A stretch of DNA of 60,846 nucleotides, the filler included, from Squatina squatina (taxonomy: Eukaryota): assembly GCA_031763465.1 (NCBI GenBank). It is 4 parts of 4 records of this genome, joined end to end, with 100 filler letters (N's around TTAATTAATTAA, not from the genome) between each part and the next. Parts side by side here need not be neighbours in the genome. Positions count along the whole stretch, not along the records: positions 13,685 to 31,285 come from JARFOE010000100.1; positions 31,386 to 46,649 come from JARFOE010000192.1; 2 more parts are not named here. The stretch is one strand, 5' to 3'. This document shows, one piece after another, positions 26,781-40,404 of the stretch. The notes under the pieces are model-generated. The model did not search any database. It was not told where the DNA came from and saw nothing but the letters and a program-made list of their open reading frames with translations. Within the stretch, counting starts at the first letter, position 1. Every line of letters begins with the position of its first letter. The position numbers were made by a program, and so were the translations under genes.

Positions 26781-28219
26781 AGGTCAGACCAACTGGTGCA
26801 CCTTAATGTTTGCCTCTTCCCTCGCCCTCAATTGTTCCCTTGTGGCTTTATTCATCCATGGAGTCTCATTAATTTTTATTTTGTTCTTTCCTTGGAATAT
26901 ATTGTTCCGCACTTTGTTGAACACCGTTTTAAATGTTGCCCATTGCTGTTTTACATCATTTTTTGCCAATAGTGTTGCCCATTTGGATCCGATACTCAAA
27001 TCCTCTTGCTATGAATGCTAACATACCATTCGCTTTCTTCACTGCCNNNNNNNNNNNNNNNNNNNNNNNNNNNNNNNNNNNNNNNNNNNNNNNNNNNNNN
27101 NNNNNNNNNNNNNNNNNNNNNNNNNNNNNNNNNNNNNNNNNNNNNNGCATGTGTATGTGCGCGACTGAACGTCAGCGCACGTGTGTGCGTGTCTGTGGGC
27201 GTCTGTGCATGTGTGACTGAGCATATGTGCCTGCGTGTGTGCAGCAATCCCCTCTCCCCAGCCGAAAACAGATGCGTTTTTTTTAGCATGCTCTTTCTGG
27301 ATGTTTCGAATTGGATGCGGTCGATTGGAGAATCCTTCATATTTACAGGAAAAATATTTGTCCGAGAGCAGCCGAAGTAATATCGTTCCTTTTTAAACTA
27401 TGGCGCTTTGCGTGGGATGTGTTGATCTTTCTGTCAGTCAGATTGAATTTTATATGAAAGATTTTATTTCCAAAAAAGCATGCACACAGTAAAAAAAAAA
27501 AGTCCTGGGATTAGGTTTACGGAGCTTAGATGTTGTGTGTTAAATGGGCAATGAAAATCAAAAGAAATGTACCAAGGAGCTGTTGATGTTGGAGCAGCTG
27601 GGTGTTTACAGTGAGGGATTCTTGGTGCATGTTAGTGCAGCTTGTAGTAGTGTGTGCTGTATAATGTTGATNNNNNNNNNNNNNNNNNNNNNNNNNNNNN
27701 NNNNNNNNNNNNNNNNCCCACACTAGAAACCTGGGGATTAGGTTCTCGGAGTCTGTGTGACTTCACTGTTTGGGTTGCAAAAAAATTAGAAAAATGGTTT
27801 TGATTTTTTTTTCCCTTCTTCATCATTGGGCCTTTGAACCCGATTGTGGGGTTTATATAACCATGAATCGCTGCTGGCTGCTGTTTATGTTGTAAGAATT
27901 CCCCTTTGATGCCTCCCATTCCTCCGAATGGTTCAGTCAGTAGATTTTGCGGGAAAGTGTGGCGTTGAGCCAGGTTTGATCTCGAGTTCTCTTTTTTTTT
28001 TTCTCGAGTTGGCAGATCTCGGCTGGGATGGCAGTGGAAGTGTTGAAAGTCGGCCTCGATGCCCCTTGGCTGGGAAGGGTATGGGGGGCTGGGCTGGGCT
28101 GGAGGGGGCGGGGCGGGGCGGTGCGCAAGGGTGCGGGGTGGGGTGATGAGGCGGCAGCGTGAACCAGCCATGATCCCTGTTGTTGACTTCTCTCCAGTGA
28201 CTCCTGCTGGGGCGAAAGT

Positions 28220-28463
28220 CATATAGCACATTTATGTCGCGCCTTGCATAACCTCAGGACATCCCAAAGTGCTTTGCAGCCGATTTAGAAGTGTGGGTCG
28301 CTGTTGTAATCTAGGAAAACGGGACGGCCAATTTGCACACAGCAAGCTCCCACAAACCGTAAGGCGTTAATGACGTTGGTTGATAGTGACGTTGGTTGAG
28401 AGATAAATATTTGCCCAGGACAACCAGGGAGAACTCCCCAGCCCTTTGAACTAGTGGCCGTGG
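28220..28463 (-). mobile_element. Deu-domain SINE 3' part
   Basis: Reverse complement of SINE core and tail. Confidence 0.75.
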
Positions 28464-28563
28464 NNNNNNNNNNNNNNNNNNNNNNNNNNNNNNNNNNNNN
28501 NNNNNNNNNNNNNNNNNNNNNNNNNNNNNNNNNNNNNNNNNNNNNNNNNNNNNNNNNNNNNNN

Positions 28564-28748
28564 ACTGATCTTTCCCTTTGTTCTTTCCTCCCCCTCCCCC
28601 CTTTCCCTGCTCTTGCAGGTGCTTGAAAACCTGCTGCATTTCTGACCATTTTCAGTTCTGACGACGGGCCATCGACCCAAAACATTAACTCTGTTTTTCT
28701 CTCCACAGATGCCTGACGTGCTGAGTTTTTCCAGCATTTTTTTGTTTA
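28564..28748 (+). mobile_element. Penelope-like element terminal repeat with degenerate minimal hammerhead core
   Basis: ctgacga-cgggcc-atc-gaccc-aaaac followed by attaactctgtttttctctccacagatgcctgac…gctgag…tccagcatttt; same tail at 31386-31425. Confidence 0.6.
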
Positions 28749-30819
28749 AAAACTGTAGTCCTTCCCTCCTCTCCATTCTCTCACTCTCCTTGAATGCTTC
28801 CCCTCAATGGGCATGCCAAATGTACCCCAAGGCCAGAAGGATACTGTGGCCCACCTCTCACCGCCTCATTCTGCAAAGCATCCAAACCCTCCAGCGCACG
28901 TTAACCATAGGAACAGGAGCAGGCTATTCCACCCATCAAGCCTATTTCTGCCATTCATTGAGATTACAGCTGATCTGTATCTCAACTCCCATCGACGCAA
29001 TTTGGTTTTGTACCCTTTAATACCCCTTGCCTAACAAATATCAATCTCACTGCAGATGTTTTCAGTCAGTGAAGAGTAAAAGCAAAAGTGTGAGAAACAG
29101 TTAATTTTATCAGACTCCGTTCTGGAATGAATAAATACCTCAGGAAAACCACACGCGCTCCAAAGACCTGTTAATGAGTCACTGCTCTTCTCCCCAAACC
29201 ATCATGTGTCAGTGATGATAGACCATCTTTATTTAGATGTCTCCTCCAAGAACTGTCTCCTCTACATAGTAAACAACAACAGCTTGACCGTCAGAGCCTA
29301 CATTGTGCGATCACCCTTGTCCTCCGGGGAAGGAGCTCAAAGGTCTACACACCGGAATAAAGTTGAATAGTAATCCTGTATCTTGTCCCTTTTTACACAC
29401 AAAGTTTTCAACTTGCACAGTGGTGCTGTTTGCTGTAGAATCATACAGTACAGGAGGAGACGATTCGGCCCATCATGCCTGTGCCGGCCCTTTGAAAGAG
29501 CAATCCAATTTGTCCCAAACCCCTCCTGCTCTTTCCTCCCCGCTCGCCCCCCCCCCCCCCCGGCGNNNNNNNNNNNNNNNNNNNNNNNNNNNNNNNNNNN
29601 NNNNNNNNNNNNNNNNNNNNNNNNNNNNNNNNNNNNNNNNNNNNNNNNNNNNNNNNNNNNNNNNNNNNNNNNNNNNNNNNNNNNNNNNNNNNNNNNNNNN
29701 NNNNNNNNNNNNNNNNNNNNNNNNNNNNNNNNNNNNNNNNNNNNNNNNNNNNNNNNNNNNNNNNNNNNNNNNNNNNNNNNNNNNNNNNNNNNNNNNACTC
29801 CCATTGATTTCCTCAGTCAGGAAAGTAAATCCTGTCGGGAATGATATAAATTTAGAAAAAATGACTGGGACTCTTCCTTTCAGTGAGCTGAAGAAGGGAG
29901 GCTTACTGTAATAGTGAGTAATATTGAACGTTTAGCTGGCATGTCCTGCTCTGATTCCAGTAGAAAGCAGACGGCATAATGAGTAATATACAAAATAAAT
30001 GTTTGTATACGTCTCGAGGTGCCGGCACAGACTGGGCTTCACACTTATATTAGAAACCCAGTTTCTACAACACTATCAAGCTTGTTCATGCCAGCTGTCT
30101 CTTCTGTCAGAAGGGGGTCACCGAGGGGTTGCCGTTGCCAATCCGCCAGGATTGGCCTGGAGGCTCCAGGAATTGAAGATTAACCTCCAAGGCACGGATG
30201 CGAGCAACACCCAGGAGAAAAATCTTAGCGGCGTTAAACAAAATTATCTTCCTTATAAACTTTCTTTGACCACTTTTGTTTACTAAATATAAAAATATTG
30301 GAGTTGTGGGAAAAGTGCNNNNNNNNNNNNNNNNNNNNNNNNNNNNNNNNNNNNNNNNNNNNNNNNNNNNNNNNNNNNNNNNNNNNNNNNNNNNNNNNNN
30401 NNNNNNNNNNNNNNNNNNACGGGACTTCAAAAGTAATTCGTTAGTTGTAAAGCACCTTGAGATGTTATGAGGATGTGATGAGGTGTTATATAAATGCAAA
30501 TGTGTTTTCTTTCAGAATGAAAGCAGAGAAGAAGGTTTACAGTCAAATTTCCTTTTATTCTAGAGCAGATTTTTTAAATGGAAGGAAATTCGACATGCAA
30601 AACAATCCTGTGCGGGCACTTCATATGTGCCTAAAGGGGATAAAAACCAGGAATGAGTGTGACCCATTGTAAGCCAGCATTGGCTTGGATGGAAACAGTT
30701 TGCCTTTCCACATTCCATCTGAAAATAGTAATGGCAGAAAGTAAGAAGGGGAAAGTACAGTATAACTCAGCTAAAATTATTGCGTATTTTTCAGTTAGAA
30801 TGGGATGGCTGAAAGCTCT

Positions 30820-31170
30820 GTGTTTACTTGCACATATTCAAAATGGTTGCTCGGCATCAGAATTACTCAGGCAGTCTGCCCAGGAGATGTGATAGACCTC
30901 AAGGATGCCCACTTCCACGTGGGGATTGGCCCACAGCACAGGAAATTGCTGAGGTTTCACAAGCACAAGATATTCTCTTTTTGGCCTCCCTTCTGCAGCC
31001 AGGTTGTCTTTCTGTGGTTGCACCGATGGCTGCAGGACTTGCACGTCTGTCCTTTGCATTGACGGTAAGCTCATCCGAGCAATCTTTCAGGGTCTCCCAA
31101 GGACAACAGTCTCAGGGCATCGGATTTCTTGTTAACTTTGAGAAATCTCAGAACCAATGCACGTTTTAAT
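30820..31170 (+). mobile_element. DIRS1-like (tyrosine-recombinase retrotransposon) RT relic
   Basis: FKM…QAVCPGDVIDLKDAHFHVGIGPQHRKLLRF…GFLVNFEKS, characteristic DIRS RT motifs, with frameshifts. Confidence 0.75.
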
Positions 31171-31285
31171 GGTGCCTATTATTTTTGGACGCCTCTGGAA
31201 GTTCTGTTCCTTCCAATGGCCTAGTTCCTGTCCAAAGCACAGTATTTCCTCTTGAGGAAGAAATCAGCAGAACATTAGGTGGCAT

Positions 31286-31385
31286 NNNNNNNNNNNNNNN
31301 NNNNNNNNNNNNNNNNNNNNNNNNNNNNNTTAATTAATTAANNNNNNNNNNNNNNNNNNNNNNNNNNNNNNNNNNNNNNNNNNNN
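31286..31385. other. Artificial scaffold linker N44-TTAATTAATTAA-N44
   Basis: Same construct as at 13585. Confidence 0.95.
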
Positions 31386-33136
31386 GACCTGCCGAGTGTT
31401 TTCCAGCATTTTCTGTTTTTATCTCAACAGCCTGGATGTTGGTTTTGTGCCGCACGAGTGCTGTCAGCTGCCGACAGGTGGGTCTTGTGTAGCCAGTGGA
31501 AACTTCAAAACAAACTTGTCACATTTACTCAGGTCGACCGTGGGGGAAGATCTGGATCTATTTTTATACCGAGCCGACAGCACTCTCACAGCACTAAACT
31601 ATCAAAGCACCTCTGTGGGGATTGAACTGATTCTCAAGTTATTCCTCCTACTCTGAGGATCACAGCCATTGTCAGCTGTTCACTGAGTTGTAATGAGGGC
31701 AGTCAGGAGTGAGTTCATGGCCCAGACATGAACAGCATTCCAGTTTAAGGAAACAGTGATGTCGGGGCAGAAAGGACCTTCCAGGGCAAAAGTGAGAAAT
31801 ATAATTCTAATTACAACGTTCTACACACTGGGAAATATAGTTTTGAAAGAAAACAATGACAATGGAACACAATCCTACTGCAACAGTCAAAGCCAAATAG
31901 TTATTCCTTGACATTCCCTCAAGAGAAATATACACTTTTCACTGAAAACAAATGAGAGTTANNNNNNNNNNGTTAAGAGATCCTCTCTCTTTCATTACAA
32001 TTGGCCAGCTTTTCTACATTAAAAGAAGCCACTACATATGACTTTAGGCTGTCTTAACACTCAAGAACTCACTAGCTACACTATCAAGAGATCTAACTGC
32101 AACAATCCCTCAATATGGATCAACAGTATGAAAATGAACCATGAGACGTATAACTCAAATGGACACAGAAGCATGGAACAGACTCTGAAGTCTACAGTAG
32201 CAGGTTATGATCGAATAAAACAAAAAAGTAAAATTAAAAACAAAAATGTTCAATTTAAAACATAACNNNNNNNNNNNNNNNNNNNNNNNNNNNNNNNNNN
32301 NNNNNNNNNNNNNNNNNNNNNNNNNNNNNNNNNNNNNNNNNNNNNNNNNNNNNNNNNNNNNNNNNNCCTCGAGCCTGTTCTGCCATTCAATGAGATCATG
32401 ACTGATCTACCTCGATGCCATTTTCCTGCACTATCCCCATATCCCTTGATGCCTTTAATATCTAGAAATCTATCAATCTCTATTTTGAATTATTTTTGTA
32501 ACCAAAATACCAGATTACGCAGTATTAAAGTATAAATCGCTAAGCAGGTTACAGTTGTCCATACATCATCTTCGGCTTCTGCACTGAGGTCAGCATTAGT
32601 TAATACTGGATGCTTAATTTCCAATTTGTAAGCAACAACAACTTGTGTTCATATAGCACTTTTAATGTAGTAAAACGTCCTAAGACGATTCACAGCAGTG
32701 TTAAAAGACAAAATAAATTTGACACCGGGCCACATAAGGAGAAATTAGGGCAGATGACCAAAAGCTTGGTCAAACAGGTAGGTTTTAAGCGACCTGAAAA
32801 CTTGTGCAATGAACCGTTGCCCATAGCTGGGCATTATCAAGTGCATTTACACCTTAAAATGGCAAATTCAGAAAATAGCATTTCGATTTTATGAAAATGA
32901 TGGGCAGGAAAAGATCCACTGGTCCATCCAACCTGTCCCACACAGCCGTGATGCCTTATGCATCACAATACATGCACTCTCCACTCACCTGAAGACATGT
33001 AGTCTCCTGGAGAGGCGATTTGGGTAGGGGATGGAAAAAAAGAGGGGGATGGAAAATTTGTCTGCAACTCCCTTAAGCGATCAAAACTATTCCAGGAGAT
33101 CACATTGACCCAGATTTTGCATTATAGGCTACCTAC

Positions 33137-33466
33137 CTCAGCAAAAGCAATTCTGTCGTAACTTCCTGGTTAAAGTACCAGGACAGGAAATCCACAACAC
33201 TTCTAATCTGCGTTTGGTGGGTGTATGACGGAAGAGCCGCAAAGTAAGCAGGGACTCGAGATAGGTCAAGTCCCAGCCTTCCATACCAGTTTCTATGAGG
33301 CCTTGTTTGAGATGGAGCTTCCACTCGCCTCAAGCGTGGTCCCTGCATCAGAGGGTTGTGACTGCGGAAGAGAACACCCAGACCAAGAGTTTCCTTATCC
33401 CAACCCTGGAAAAGCATGGCCAAGTGCACTTTCCTACCCTCCAGCGGAAGTGGCCTACCTAGGGCT
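33137..33466 (-). CDS. Candidate unannotated in-frame cassette exon in the SGCE intron after exon 5 (330 nt, phase 2-2)
   Basis: Acceptor ttttttctttcggcccag|, donor GAG|gtaggt, no stop in the SGCE frame; no protein homology recognised. Confidence 0.3.
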
Positions 33467-33683
33467 CTGGGCCGAAAGAAAAAGATGAAAATATAAAAGG
33501 ATAAATCAACCCATGCCATTCTTTTATGTCAAGCCTGGAAACAGCTGAGTTATGGCAAGAGGAAATCTACATCCAGCCCCTTGGCACAGTGACCTAACAG
33601 GTGAAGGAAACAATTAAACAACCAAGAATCCAAAGCAAATCCAAAAAATTGCTTTACTTGTCTCTCTGAAAAATTAAACTCAC

Positions 33684-33882
33684 CCTTCCTTCATATTATC
33701 GATGGGAAGAGGCACTCTCCCGCCCCTGTCTAGTGCTGAGGTGATGTTGATAGCATTGAGACGATCAGGCTGCCAAACATTCTTCACTGCTCCCAGGAAA
33801 TCACCAATGACCTCACTTGCCAACATCTCTTCCACATTCATGTTCTTCACAAAGAACTCTGCTTGATATGGCAAAGGATAAT
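33684..33882 (-). CDS. SGCE: Epsilon-sarcoglycan, exon equivalent to human exon 5 (199 nt)
   Basis: tttaaag| acceptor, GG|gtgagt donor; [67 protein letters not shown]. Confidence 0.95.
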
Positions 33883-35161
33883 CTTTAAACAAGAAGAATG
33901 TAAGTAAGAGTTAAAAATAATGGATGCTCAGACCACGTTTTAAGAACCAAGAAAAGATGCGGTTAAGTGGTGTTCCACAAGGATCTGTATTGTGGTCACT
34001 TCCATATATCTATATACACAAATAATCTGGTAGCTAATTTTCTTATGGTTTGGATCTGTGGAACACTTGTTCCCCAGTTCTAACTGCAGGGCACGGGGTG
34101 GAAACCCACAATATTGGATCTCTAGCCTCTTTACATTGCCCAGGAGTTTGAAGCGCTTGCATCGACAACAAATGGAGGCAAACCATAGCCATTGAAACAA
34201 GGCAAGGCAAGGTAAGGCAGGCCTGGAAAAGTATGTCCTCTGACGCCTGCAACTGCACCTGTCTTCCTGCACCTACTTCTCGGGACAAGGCAGGCAGGCC
34301 TGCATCGGTGATAGAACTGGGCCATTCAAAGAACCTGATCACCAAATTCAGACATGGTAAGGTGAGGCGAGGCACAACATATTTCAACAGGGGTGCAGGA
34401 GGGAGATAGCATGTAGAAACATAGAAAATAGGTGCAGGAGTAGGCCATTAGGCCCTTCGAGCCTGCACCGCCATTCAATATGATCATGGCNNNNNNNNNN
34501 NNNNNNNNNNNNNNNNNNNNNNNNNNNNNNNNNNNNNNNNNNNNNNNNNNNNNNNNNNNNNNNNNNNNNNNNNNNNNNNNNNNNNNNNNNCCACTGTGAA
34601 TTGTGAAATACGCTACCGGTGGAAATGCTGAGAACAGGCTCCTGCATTTACTTTGCTGAAACGGACACCCTTAATTGAATATTCGTAGAACATTTTACCA
34701 CTTTGAAAGCATAAAGCTAAAGCCCTTGTGATTTAATCCCACAGATTATTCAGAACATTTGTAATAGGCTTTTACAACTCAATTAAGTGCATAATTTTCA
34801 GTCGTTCTCAACTCAGTCCATTTCACTGAGCTGTGAATTTAACACAAAAAAGACAAATCTGAAAATAATTTGTATACCAACATACAATACAAACAAAATT
34901 TAGTAGTCACAAAAAAAATGTGGATTCCTGCCTCAAGGTTAGAATCTACAAAACCTTGATACTCTATTGGCACAACTAAAAACTGCTTTATTACCCCCAT
35001 TGGAAATATTCTGCAGCAAAGTACTTGCAAAACTAATTTGCAACAGTGGCAGAACAGTATGTTCAGAATCAACACCATCAAGCAAACAAAAAACAAGTTA
35101 AAACTGTGTTTAAACTAGTCTACTGTAAGCACAGGGTAACTGAGCTGGATTGGCAGAGTCA

Positions 35162-35332
<171 letters not shown>

Positions 35333-36043
35333 CTAAGATTCAAATTATATAATCGTAAAGGGTTTTACACTCATTTAGAACAGATTTTGCCGATCAAAGT
35401 ATCAAGCTGAACCATATAATGAATATAGAGAGACTTCATATATTTATCTGTATCCAGTATTTGATCACTAAAGGAGGTCAACTGAAATAGTAGTAGGGCC
35501 ATTAAGAAAAAGCATACATTATTTTAATTATGCAGATTTCAATTTTAACCTTATGATTTGTTGTTTATAATAAGAAATTAAATACAAAATAGTTTTAATT
35601 AAACATTATTCAGTCAATAAATGTTTCAAGGACACTGGTTTACATCAATATTTTTGCTAACAGAGCCTAAAGTGAATTGCTCTGAAGCAAATCTTTTGTA
35701 ATTTTATGGGTCATTTTGTCTATTCTTAGGAATGTGTTTCTTTTGGTTTACAAAAGGAGGAGTAATTAGCAAAAGCACACTTTTTTTCTGCAGTGCCTTG
35801 GTGACATATTGCATGAAGACATTATTCTTTTCCTCTCTGGGACTTGAAAAAGGGATTGCCTAGGAAATAAAGCCATCAGGTTCTAAGTGAACATTATTTA
35901 TACATTAAAGTCCCAGCTGAAACAGGTTTAAAATTTGGTACAACTTGTACTAAGTCCAATATGGCGACTTCTAACATTAGTTCAGACACAGCATTAGGGA
36001 GCAGTAGGAGCTCTATTGAGGTTGGATGCTTTGAGATAATACA

Positions 36044-36240
36044 GAGGGGGTTCTGAGGTTGGAGATTAGATACATTATAGGTAATGTAAAGGGAGTTCAG
36101 AGGTTGGAGATTAGGTACATTATTGGCTAATGCAGAGGGAGTTCGGAAATTGGGTATTAGGTACCTTATCAGGGTAATGTAGTGGGAATTCCGAGGTTGG
36201 GCATTAGGTACCTTATCAGGGTAATGTAGAGGGAGTTCTT
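36044..36240. repeat. Minisatellite, ~44-47 nt unit, ~4 copies
   Basis: Unit approximately GAGGGAGTTC.GAGGTTGG..ATTAGGTAC.TTAT…GGTAATGTA. Confidence 0.8.
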
Positions 36241-39039
36241 GCTTGAGGTTGATGTTTAGGAACTTTGTCCAGCAATCTGGAGGGACTTCTATGAAGCTGG
36301 GGTTTAAGCACTGTAAAGTGGTAGGAGTTTGGTAATTGCTATAGTATACCGGACAACAAGAATACTGTGTGTAAAATCGAAAATTGTTCCATTACTATAC
36401 ATGATCATTTCATGCAGAAAATGCACAAATAGAAGGAGCAAAACAAAATGCTTCAGTGGTTGCTGGTGAAAATAATTTACAGCTAATCTGCTATAATTCA
36501 ATTGAATATAATGAAGCAAATTATTATGAAGGAATAGAAAACACAAGTACTGAACTGGGAAAAATTATTCAGCTATTTATAATTCATTTTGAGACATAGC
36601 ATAAAAGCATGGAGTAAATTTGTATTTGAATTACGGTAAACCACCATTCACACTGTGACAGCCTATCTATTTAACCACACAACTTTATGTAAATTTGCAT
36701 TCCAGGAATGTGTTGGTTTAGAAAGCAAACAGGTAGATATTCCAATATTGCTNNNNNNNNNNNNNNNNNNNNNNNNNNNNNNNNNNNNNNNNNNNNNNNN
36801 NNNNNNNNNNNNNNNNNNNNNNNNNNNNNNNNNNNNNNNNNNNNNNNNNNNNCATTATGAAGAACAAAATACAAATCCAACAAATTTTAAACGCATTAAA
36901 GTAATTGCAAAGAGCTTGCTATGTAGAACATATATGATTGAATTTATTCAATCAGAAACTGTCGTAAATGGCACTTTAATCACAGGACATACTACTGTAG
37001 CATATTTCTAGTACTACAGGATGTAAAAAGGGGAAGCAGGAAGTGCTGACTCAATATGATATTCTGGTTAGTTTTAGTTACTGTGAAATTATCTGAAGGT
37101 TCATCTCAGAAAACAGGACACAGTCACAGATACATGAACACAGCCAGTGGCACATAACTACTTCTTTCTTGTTTATTTTATCTGAACAGGATTTTGAAGG
37201 TTTTTTTAAAGTTTATGCAGTAGTCAAGTAGTCTTTTCCAAATAGTGCTGCAGTCACTTTAAATCATGCAGCACTTCCATTGCAAGGGTTCCTGGAACCT
37301 CAAGCCAATTACTGCAGCAATCCCAACCACGTTTTGCCACATGAGAAAGTAAATTTTGAGCCCATTACTAAGTGGTCTACACATAATTGCAACTTAAGGA
37401 AACTGCAACAGTAGCAATTTTTAGATTTTAAAGTTTAAAGAACAGCACTTGAATTCTGGAGACAGAGAGCAGCAATAGATCAGGAGCTGAGATAAAGACA
37501 ACAGTAAACAGTAGTAGAATCGGAAACAGAGGCCTGGAGCAGCCAGCCTGCAGTCAGCCAGCCTGAAACCACACTGCCGCAGCCATGCCAACAGCAGCCA
37601 GGTTTTTAGCAAAAAAATGTTTTTTTAACTATATAACCTTACATTGGGAGAGGCATTTTGACTGGAGATTACCAAGCCCTAAACTTTTGCTATTAAACTT
37701 TAGAAAAAAAAAATCTGCCATTTTTTGCCCACCGAGTTGGTGAAGGTTTTATATACATTGTCTTCTATTGTGAAGCCAAACTATTCTTTACTGTCCCACC
37801 TAGTGCAGCATAACTTGGGCATTAGTGATCGTAATATTGCCTGCTCACTGTGCTTATGCCAGGGAAGGCAGAGCTCTATGCATTTGTAGATAAGCACTGA
37901 GCTCTACTTACAAGCCTCCAGTGACATTTCTGATAGAAAGAAACTGGTATTAAAGTAATTAGCATAAATCTGCATAGCTGAAATCCCGAGATGTAAAGGA
38001 ATGATTTGACACAATACCAACAGAATTATTTCAGAAAAGATACTTTATGGTATTAATCATATATTGCTTGTTCTGCATTTTTAGAATTCAAATCATTTTT
38101 ATATTTTTAAAGCTTCAGGACCTGAGATTCCTAGGGGTCTGCTCTGCCAGTGCAAGTGTGATGAAGCAGAACTCCAACCCTTTTAGCTGCTGGCTGGAGA
38201 CCCAGTTCCAAATTCTCCGGATGGCTTCATTTGCATAGCCAGTGCTGNNNNNNNNNNTACATCAATGTGCCTGCTCTGATCCACTGTTGTAAAACAGTGC
38301 AGCCATCGGATACTCTGCCTAAGGTCACCTGAGGCCCACTAGGGCTGAGAAAAAAAGGCGAAGTCTTGAATTTCTGAAGAGGTTGTCCAATCTCCTGCCG
38401 TAACTTGGGCAGAAGTTTGGTATTATTCCTCGTGTAACATAGCAGCAGTGATTGTACTGGCCATATCTTGCTGCCATATAAGATTCGTGCATGGTGAATT
38501 TGAGGCTCTAACATCTGTATTGTTTTTCTTTATATGATAATCTTGCATTTAATAAAAGGAAGTAACAGGCAGTTTTTTTATGTCTTTTCGGTTGGCCAGC
38601 TTTATGATTGATGGCTTTCCTGCGACGAGGTGCTTCTTTGCGTGGGTTACTTGTGTTGGAGTTGAAAATGACTTGAGATGACTCAGCAACTTGGAACAAA
38701 CATTGTATTTACAAATAGCAGGCTTCTGCAGCATTAGACTAAGGCTGGGTCTCGTCTGGTTAACTATACATTGAACTGTACATCAACTGGCCCTACTCTG
38801 AGCTCCAGGATGGAACTCCAAGTTCAACTGAACACAGGTGAACTACGATGTGAGGAGAAGAGCAGGGGCTTACAAAGATCACATGATTTTATACTCACAC
38901 AATTGAGCTACCATAGTTTGTACNNNNNNNNNNNNNNNNNNNNNNNNNNNNNNNNNNNNNNNNNNNNNNNNNNNNNNNNNNNNNNNNNNNNNNNNNNNNN
39001 NNNNNNNNNNNNNNNNNNNNNNNCACAGACACAGTGGAG

Positions 39040-39380
39040 AATTTGAAAATGTGGTGGAGATGTGGAGCTGGGTGTTGTCAATGCACCAAGGAGCAGCATG
39101 TAGATTTTGATGAGGTAGAGCCAGGAACAGATCTGTGGGGGACTCTAGAGGTAACACAGGGCAGTAAGAGAAGCCATTCCTGGAAAAGCTATGGCGATGG
39201 TCAGATATCTAAGAGTGCAACTAAGTGAGGCCAATCCCATTGAGCTGGACAATGAAGGAGAAGTGTTGGAGAAGGATGGTGTGGTCTACTGTGTAAAAGG
39301 CTGCAGAGAGGTTGAAGTGGGATAATGCACTATAGCCACAGTCACAGAAGATGTCATTTGTGACTTTAGTTAAAACCATT
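39040..39380 (-). mobile_element. L2 LINE RT fragment
   Basis: LTKVTNDIFCDC…LSAAFYTVDHTILLQ. Confidence 0.75.
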
Positions 39381-40404
39381 TTCTTTTCAACAATTACATT
39401 GTTACAGCAGCTTGTCTTCAAAAAACTGTTATATTGTCAATTTAAATAATGTTGTTACACAACCTGCACATATTGTTGAAAGAAATCCAATTTAGATTAT
39501 GGAAGCTGCTCAATTGTTAACAGATGGACAGCATGCTTGCTGAGTGAAATTACTTAGTCAGTTCTTCCTGCACTGAAAGCGTCTGCTCAATTAATAATTG
39601 GCTAAACTGGTGTTTTTTTTTAGTTTATTTGCAGTAATTATTTGTCTCTGTGGTAAATCCATATTAAAATATGTGGCACAGCAGTAATGCAACCTAAAGA
39701 TCAATTTTCCACTCGGTAATTGGGCAGGAAAATGTCTTCAAGTAAATGCCTTATGTTACTTAGAAATACAATAAATCCTCTGTTATCTTATTTTGTTTTG
39801 CTTCCACTGGGTTTCAAACTGTGAATTCAATTTTGAAACCCAACACAGTTTTGCATCTTACGGAATTCTTCCCTCTCCAATTAATTTGATTTCTGAATCA
39901 TCTTTACTCCAATTTCAATAATTCTTGGTTACTTCTCTTTTTCCAGTTTGAAGGATTTATGTAAAAGCTATTACTCACCAAAATTCCAATTTTAAGTCAG
40001 ATCTGATGATGAGATAATTTACTTATCTTCAGTTTTGTGTTTTGTTACAGGGAAAAAATATCTAGCTAGCACTTGAGTTCAACGCAGAATAATTAAAGAG
40101 TTGCTATGGTAACAGAATGCTATCTGGTTGAGACTGTACACATCAGACATCTTACATCCATCGAGAGAACGTTCTGAATATGTATAATGTTGCTTCTGAT
40201 TAGTTAATAAAAATATGATTATTTGTGAGGAAATGGAATGGAATCTTATATTCCAGTGTTATGATTTAGAAAATAAATTCTTCTATCTATCTGAACGTGC
40301 ACATTTTATTAATTATTAACTTAGGAACAAATTGAGATTTCTTAAAAATTTACTTAAACAAGGTCTTGAAATTCTTGAAATTAAGGGACTGAGTGTAAGC
40401 CATA

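Noticed and set aside
23363-31285. miR-375, expected near CFAP65/CRYBA2
   Set aside because: Mature sequence TTTGTTCGTTCGGCTCGCG not seen by eye on either strand
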